Below, piece after piece: positions 26,438 through 31,533 of a stretch of DNA of 31,533 nucleotides. This DNA is from Bacteroidota bacterium (GTDB lineage Bacteria > Bacteroidota > Bacteroidia > Chitinophagales > UBA2359), in the NCBI GenBank assembly GCA_020631675.1, contig JAHDGT010000002.1:1-31533 (forward strand), in the 5' to 3' direction. The first letter of the stretch is position 1. Each line of letters opens with the position of its first letter. The notes beneath the pieces are model-generated. The model was not told the DNA's origin and did no database searches. It saw nothing but the letters and a program-made list of their open reading frames with translations. The position numbers were made by a program, and so were the translations under genes.

Positions 26438-27868
26438 TTGGATATAGCCAGTCATATCTCCTATTTCTTTCAGTATACGATCTTCTTTTACTGTATGTCT
26501 ATCATCGCATCTTATGTGATCATGGCGATTGTATCTGGAGTGAGCGTATACCGTTATTATAAGCGGAGTAGAAATGAAGATTACAGACAGCTTTTATCGT
26601 CCCCCTACGCCCCTTCTATCTCAATCATTGCCCCTGCTTACAACGAATCGGCAACTATTGTAGATAATATCCGCTCGCTGATGAATTTACACTATGGTAA
26701 ACTCACTGTGATCGTTGTGAATGACGGCAGTAAAGACGATACGAGAGATAGGGCTATTGAAGCTTATGACTTAGAGAAAGTACCTTTTGCCTATAATATG
26801 GGCGTGAAGACTAAAGAAGTCAGAGGTGTATACAAAAGTAAAAACCCTGCCTTTAGCAAACTGATCTTCGTTGATAAGCACAATGGGGGTAAGGCGGACG
26901 CTATTAATGTAGGCATTAACGTTTCACAGACCGACTTATTTGCTTGTATTGATGTGGATTGCATCATTGAGTCTGATGCGTTTCTCAAGATGGCGCATCC
27001 TTATATGGTCAATGATAAAGAGCGTATCATAGCTGTGGGCGGAATAGTATGGCTGACCAATGATGCAGAGATCAAAGAAGGACAGCTCATTCGCTTACGT
27101 TCTCCAGAGACTTTTCCGCCAAGAATGCAGGTCGTTGAATATTTCAGAGCCTTCCTACTCGGACGAACCGCATGGAGTACCTTCAATGGCTTATTACTCA
27201 TTTCAGGCGCATTCGGGCTGTTTGATAGAGAGATCGCCGTGGCCGCGGGTGGTTACAACCACAATACCGTAGGAGAAGACATGGAGCTGGTCATGCGCAT
27301 GCATGCCTATATGAGAGAGCGTAAGCTTCCTTATAGAGTAGAATACATACCTGATCCACTCTGTTGGACAGAAGCACCAGGAAATTTCAATATTCTCGGT
27401 AGGCAAAGAAACAGATGGACTAGAGGCACCATTGAATGTTTAATGATCCACAAAAAAATGTTCTTTAACCCACGTTATGGCGCATTGGGTTTATTGAGTT
27501 ACCCCTACTGGTTTTTCGCGGAATGGTTGGCTCCTTTTGTTGAGGCTGGTGGTATCTTATTCGTCATATTAGCTGCGATCTTCGGCTGGTTGAACATACC
27601 TTTTTTCATGTGGCTCACCATCTGCTTATTCGCTTTTTCGTTTTGCTTATCAACTTTTTCTATATGGCTTCAAATGGTCACCTATGACTGTTATAAAGGT
27701 AAAAGAGATTTACTCAGTTTAACCTTAACCGCATTCATAGAACCATTCTGGTATCATCCCAGAGTAGTTTATTGGGCACTCAAAGGCAATTACGATTTCT
27801 TCAGCAAGAAAAATGTAGGCTGGGGAGAAATGACCCGACAAGGTTTCGCCAATAAAAAGAAAAAATAA
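26438..27868 (+). CDS. Processive GT2 glycosyltransferase (PgaC/IcaA/cellulose-synthase-like)
   Basis: APAYNE, VNDGSKD, NGGKADA, DVD, VGEDME and QRNRW (QxxRW) motifs; N- and C-terminal TM helices; TTG start. Confidence 0.93.
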   Translation: MDIASHISYFFQYTIFFYCMSIIASYVIMAIVSGVSVYRYYKRSRNEDYRQLLSSPYAPSISIIAPAYNESATIVDNIRSLMNLHYGKLTVIVVNDGSKDDTRDRAIEAYDLEKVPFAYNMGVKTKEVRGVYKSKNPAFSKLIFVDKHNGGKADAINVGINVSQTDLFACIDVDCIIESDAFLKMAHPYMVNDKERIIAVGGIVWLTNDAEIKEGQLIRLRSPETFPPRMQVVEYFRAFLLGRTAWSTFNGLLLISGAFGLFDREIAVAAGGYNHNTVGEDMELVMRMHAYMRERKLPYRVEYIPDPLCWTEAPGNFNILGRQRNRWTRGTIECLMIHKKMFFNPRYGALGLLSYPYWFFAEWLAPFVEAGGILFVILAAIFGWLNIPFFMWLTICLFAFSFCLSTFSIWLQMVTYDCYKGKRDLLSLTLTAFIEPFWYHPRVVYWALKGNYDFFSKKNVGWGEMTRQGFANKKKK

Positions 27869-27871
27869 AAT

Positions 27872-28258
27872 ATGTCACTCAAAATACTAATTGTAGAAGA
27901 TGATGAACTATCCAGAGCACTAATGTGTTTTCAACTGAAATCGTGGAACTACGACACCTTCCAAGCAAAAAATGGTAAGGAAGCATTGCAGCTACTGACC
28001 ACACAAGCTTTTGACCTACTCTTACTAGACTATTCCTTGGGCGATATGACTGGCTTGAATATTGTTAATCATATATCAACAGACACGCCCACAACTTCCA
28101 AGTTCTACAAACCCCAGACCATCATCGCCATTAGTGCGAATTTCGACGACCCAACTGCTGTTCAAGAATGGCGTGAAGTAGGTGTTTTTCATGTACTTCC
28201 AAAACCATTCTCGAAAGTACAATTCGAACAAGCTATCAATGACCTCCCAAATAGCTAG
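27872..28258 (+). CDS. Single-domain response regulator (receiver)
   Basis: KILIVEDD, DLLLLDYSLG, IIAISA and LPKPF motifs; starts 3 nt after the GT2 stop. Confidence 0.9.
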   Translation: MSLKILIVEDDELSRALMCFQLKSWNYDTFQAKNGKEALQLLTTQAFDLLLLDYSLGDMTGLNIVNHISTDTPTTSKFYKPQTIIAISANFDDPTAVQEWREVGVFHVLPKPFSKVQFEQAINDLPNS

Positions 28259-28312
28259 TCAAGAAACGTACACTTCTAAGTGATTCATTAGTCTATAAGT
28301 AGTAACTAGTCC

Positions 28313-28948
28313 ATGGCTTTAGGAAAGTTCGGTATGTCTAAAAATCCTCTCCTACTCAAAAAAGGTAAGTTGAACCCTGTAAATGCGGGGCAATGTGCCA
28401 TAAGTGTACTCACACAACAATTAGAGAAAGAAAGGTATTACCACTGTGTGGAGCATACATTAAATGTAGTTGAATCGGTCACCAGAATCGGAAAAGCAGA
28501 AGGTATATCTAATGAAGAAATGCTGCTACTTAGAATAGCCGCATACTATCATGACTTGGGCTACATTGGTAATGGAGAAAACCATGAAAAAGTTAGCTGC
28601 ACCTATACTCAGCCTACTTTGCGACTCTTCGATTTATCTGACAATCAAATTGAAAAAATTTGCGACTTGATCATGTCCACCCACATGATGCAAGCTCCGC
28701 GAAATATACTAGAGTGTATTTTAAGTGATGCGGATACCGACTATTTAGGTAGAAAAGATTTTGTGGTCTGGAGCCGGCGGTTAATGAATGAATGGATGGC
28801 TTATAGTACGATTTCCAGAAAAGAAGAATTTTACATCAAACAAGTACAGTTCCTTCAAAAGCATAAATATTACACTCGCACGGCCATTCAAACCAGAGAA
28901 TTAGTCAAGCAACAAAACTTGAATTACGCCAAAACGCTACTTCCATAA
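28313..28948 (+). CDS. HD-domain metal-dependent phosphohydrolase
   Basis: YYHCVEHT, AAYYHDLG, MSTH and SDADTDYLG motifs. Alternative start at ATG 28334. Confidence 0.88.
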   Translation: MALGKFGMSKNPLLLKKGKLNPVNAGQCAISVLTQQLEKERYYHCVEHTLNVVESVTRIGKAEGISNEEMLLLRIAAYYHDLGYIGNGENHEKVSCTYTQPTLRLFDLSDNQIEKICDLIMSTHMMQAPRNILECILSDADTDYLGRKDFVVWSRRLMNEWMAYSTISRKEEFYIKQVQFLQKHKYYTRTAIQTRELVKQQNLNYAKTLLP

Positions 28949-28980
28949 TTCATTCACTTCCCCCTACATTATAAGGTAGT

Positions 28981-29841
28981 TCACCTTCCCGTCTCTGGGG
29001 AAACCATTGGGCGATCTCTTACTTCTACTTCTTTATCAGTAGCTTTTTGCTTTGAAGACTTTGCTTTCGTAGATTTTTCACTCGACATCCTTGAATTAGG
29101 AGCACCAAAAACTGGCCCCGCATTGGTAATCGTAGGTTGGTTTTGCTTAGGGTTGGAACTCGTCGGTTTACCACCACTATTCTCATCCGTTGCCGATTCT
29201 TTTATGTAAGAATCGGTTGGAGCAACATCTCCTTCCTCATTTGTTTTGTAAACCACTTCCCAACCTTCTAAACGAGCGATTTGAAAAACCATTTTCATCA
29301 TCTCGTCACTCCGCTTTTTCGCCCTATCCATCAGGCCGCTTCTTTTGGCGTCAGCAGCAATAGAATCCTTCGCCGCTCTATTGATCTTAGTAAGGTCTTC
29401 CGCACTGAAAGTATTGAATATCCCCTCTTTTAAATCATAATAGCTGATATCGGTGTCTATGCTCATGATCTCAGGTTCGGGCATATGCTCTACATAGATC
29501 TGTTTTTTAACACTGTCCGTACGCAATTCGATCTTTTCCCAATCGAAACCGATAGATACCTTACCCAATACCTTAACCAAGGCTGATTTACTTGTATAGG
29601 GCAGTGTAAAGCCCATATACTGCTTGCTCTCCTTCTTATCTATGATGTCCGCGAACTCCGCTTCCACCACTACCATTTTATACACCTGTCTCACCTGTTC
29701 CAAAACAGAAGTATGAGAAGAAGTCTCCACAACTACAGGCGGGTCTGGCAAGAGTTGAAACTTCCCCATCCCCCAATAAGCTCCTACACCGCATAAAAGT
29801 CCGAAAAAGAGCGTGATCAATATAAAACTCAATCTTGACAT
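28981..29841 (-). CDS. DUF4230-family protein with N-terminal membrane anchor and low-complexity tail
   Basis: N-terminal TM; KSALVKVLGKVSIGFD, MPEPEIMSID and YYDLKEGIFNTF motifs; Ser/Lys/Pro-rich C-terminus. Confidence 0.82.
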   Translation of the reverse strand: MSRLSFILITLFFGLLCGVGAYWGMGKFQLLPDPPVVVETSSHTSVLEQVRQVYKMVVVEAEFADIIDKKESKQYMGFTLPYTSKSALVKVLGKVSIGFDWEKIELRTDSVKKQIYVEHMPEPEIMSIDTDISYYDLKEGIFNTFSAEDLTKINRAAKDSIAADAKRSGLMDRAKKRSDEMMKMVFQIARLEGWEVVYKTNEEGDVAPTDSYIKESATDENSGGKPTSSNPKQNQPTITNAGPVFGAPNSRMSSEKSTKAKSSKQKATDKEVEVRDRPMVSPETGR

Positions 29842-29876
29842 AGTATGCCGAAGATACAGAAGTAGAACGTGCAGAC

Positions 29877-29910
29877 AAAAAAGGCGCTCCGGTAAAATTA
29901 CCGAGCGCCT
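29877..29910 (-). terminator. Intrinsic terminator on the minus strand
   Basis: The minus strand reads AGGCGCTC-GGTA-attt-TACC-G-GAGCGCC followed by T6. Confidence 0.75.
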
Positions 29911-30041
29911 ATTAAAGGGGGACTTAGAATTAATGTCTCGCCACTTAAAGAAGTTTTAAGCGACTGTTGCAAGCTGAATAATGTAAAATGCAGACGGCTT
30001 ACTCAGCTTAAATAATTTCTTAAGAGAAAGGTCATAGAGAG

Positions 30042-30154
30042 CAGGTTCATAGGGAGGTGACAAATTACTTGCGTAGGTGGTGCGCACCTCCCTTATCAAA
30101 CCTGAGAACTGTATCTCAGCAAAATAGTAGTAAAACGGGAAATAGATACAGTTC
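30042..30154 (-). ncRNA. Candidate structured non-coding RNA or long 3' UTR (two adjacent hairpins)
   Basis: Stems CAGGTT/AACCTG plus AGGGAGGTG/CACCTCCCT, and GAACTGTATCT/AGATACAGTTC, inside a 370-nt gap that ends in a terminator. The strand is inferred from the terminator only. Confidence 0.35.
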
Positions 30155-30283
30155 CGCTCACTTCAGCAACCGAACAAGAGATTGTAAAACCATGCTATGA
30201 TTGGGGAAAGGGTCAAGTTCTAAAAAGAAAGTTGACAGCAGGGTAAAACAAGGCTTGTCGAGTACTAAATCCTTTTGTTATTA

Positions 30284-30796
30284 TTATCTCTTCACATCGA
30301 GGTTCAAGACCTCATCTTTGGCATCAATGATGTCAGAAGTCGTATAGTTTCTTACCGGACTACCTTCTTTTACATAATAGCTGGCAGAAAGAAAATCCAC
30401 GCAACCATCATCCGCATTGTAAACCGTAACCGCTAAATAGAAAATATCCTCTTCTTGGTATTCGTACTGAAAAGCATCAACCCCTCTAACAATACCACCA
30501 TCTCCCATTATCCATTCTACATCCGTGTACTCGCTTTCTGTTGTATTCACTAAGAACACATTCAATCCATCTATTCGAATAGAAATATCTAAATCAGTAT
30601 CACAAATCTCTTTGTCAAGTACCGGTCCGCCCTCAGCGAAAGTCATCACGCTGGCGGTAGCCAAACTTTTATTGTAAACGGCAAGCGGCTTGTTCGCCTC
30701 TGGAGAATCATCCATTAAATTAGCTAATGGATTAAAGGTAAATGCGCTCAGCATAAACCATGAACAAACTGAAAGTACTGTGTAACGTACAAACAT
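30284..30796 (-). CDS. Hypothetical exported protein with degenerate PKD-like domain
   Basis: Hydrophobic N-terminus; EWIMGDG..FQYEYQEEDIFYLAVTVYN resembles the PKD pattern WDFGDG..HTY...Y.V.LTV. ATG 30796 is preferred over TTG 30826. Confidence 0.6.
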   Translation of the reverse strand: MFVRYTVLSVCSWFMLSAFTFNPLANLMDDSPEANKPLAVYNKSLATASVMTFAEGGPVLDKEICDTDLDISIRIDGLNVFLVNTTESEYTDVEWIMGDGGIVRGVDAFQYEYQEEDIFYLAVTVYNADDGCVDFLSASYYVKEGSPVRNYTTSDIIDAKDEVLNLDVKR

Positions 30797-30880
30797 AAGC
30801 TGGTGGGAATTTTGGGGATTAGACAATCATATTGATGTCAGCGCCTCACAACATTAGATTGTCAGACACATAAAAAACAA

Positions 30881-30897
30881 GCCAAACACCGTGCCAG
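30881..30897 (-). promoter_or_regulatory. Sigma-54-type -24/-12 promoter candidate
   Basis: The minus strand reads CTGGCACGGTGTTTGGC versus consensus YTGGCACGRNNNTTGCW; the -12 GCW is replaced by GGC. Confidence 0.6.
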
Positions 30898-31295
30898 TTT
30901 TTAAAAATAAACGACTTATAAAATCATAATTCAACACTACACACATAAACAAAACAACATTACAAGTTAGCCTTAAACACTAATAATGAACAATTTAAAG
31001 TAATAATTTAATCCAAATGCATCTATCTTAAATAAATTTAACAATTTTAAGTTTGACTATATTATAGTCTAGCTTTCACTTCAAGTGTAACCTAAATCAT
31101 ACATTCTTATTCATACAAGTAAATCATCCGATCGTCACTAGTGATCTATTCTGCCTCTTTGATAATTGTGGCGCATCCACGCAATAAAAAGGGGGGATGT
31201 TTTTCAAAACACAAATCATTTGTATCGGCAAATTTGTTTTTTTGTGGCAAAAAGACGTTATGCTATAACGTCTCTACGCGAAAACCCTTTTTACT

Positions 31296-31436
31296 GCGTG
31301 GTCGGGCTATCCGTTAAATTCGGCAGCCCGCAACGCTTTTCGCTGGCAGGGCTGGCGGTGGCTACCTCTGGGCCGCCCCGCCAGCCCGCCGCTCAATAGC
31401 GTTGCGGGCTACCTCATACCACTCCTATCCCTTGCG
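31296..31436 (+). repeat. Dispersed nested-hairpin intergenic repeat, copy C
   Basis: CGGGCTATCCG (31303-31313); 13-bp stem 31325-31337 / 31398-31410; 25 nt identical to copy A; 3' CTCCTATCCCTTGCG. Confidence 0.82.
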
Positions 31437-31533
31437 TAGGTGCATTCCTCGCTAATGAATAAAAGTTAATGCAATATCAATTCAATCACTTGTTTTCCCT
31501 CTTGTCAAGAATAGCCTGAACTTTTTCGATGGG

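Noticed and set aside
27850-27868. A-rich run at the GT2 3' end as a second slippage site
   Set aside because: It is interrupted by G, encodes a terminal KKKK and lies at the stop codon, so a shift would change almost nothing.
21300-28950. The glycan locus as a recently acquired island or prophage
   Set aside because: No integrase, transposase, tRNA or flanking direct repeats are visible. A slightly more AT-rich look by eye is not enough without a computed GC/codon profile.
28981-29230. Low-complexity C-terminal tail of DUF4230 as a separate domain or fusion
   Set aside because: It looks like a disordered S/K/P/T-rich extension with no motif or repeat.

Overview
A 31.5 kb chromosomal window from a Bacteroidota bacterium. 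The assignment rests on a T9SS C-terminal domain, TAnnTTTG -7 promoter boxes and Bacteroidota-type DnaX, TetR and SulP proteins; finer taxonomy cannot be determined from the sequence alone. From left to right it holds: a duplicated DUF1501 / DUF1800 / DUF1501 block whose DUF1501 proteins end in a dockerin-like Ca-binding domain; a divergent TetR-SulP pair with a clear operator palindrome; a MoxR ATPase; dnaX; an M16 peptidase; a VWA plus chelatase-like AAA+ pair; a T9SS-secreted protein with the complete PHM/DBH copper-monooxygenase ligand set; a surface-glycan locus (Hpt, receiver, YaiO-TPR porin, LtaS-like transferase-TPR, HEAT protein, processive GT2, receiver, HD); DUF4230; and a PKD-like protein. 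The intergenic DNA carries a dispersed nested-hairpin repeat (3 copies plus 1 fragment), heptamer arrays and several intrinsic terminators. The best leads are (1) a putative synthase-dependent, phosphorelay-controlled exopolysaccharide system whose transferase and porin share a TPR module, (2) an A9 slippage site in dnaX with immediate stops in both shifted frames, and (3) a secreted bacterial copper monooxygenase fused to a haem-less cytochrome-c-like domain. No rRNA, tRNA, CRISPR array or transposase was seen. All family calls come from motif recognition by eye, not from database searches.
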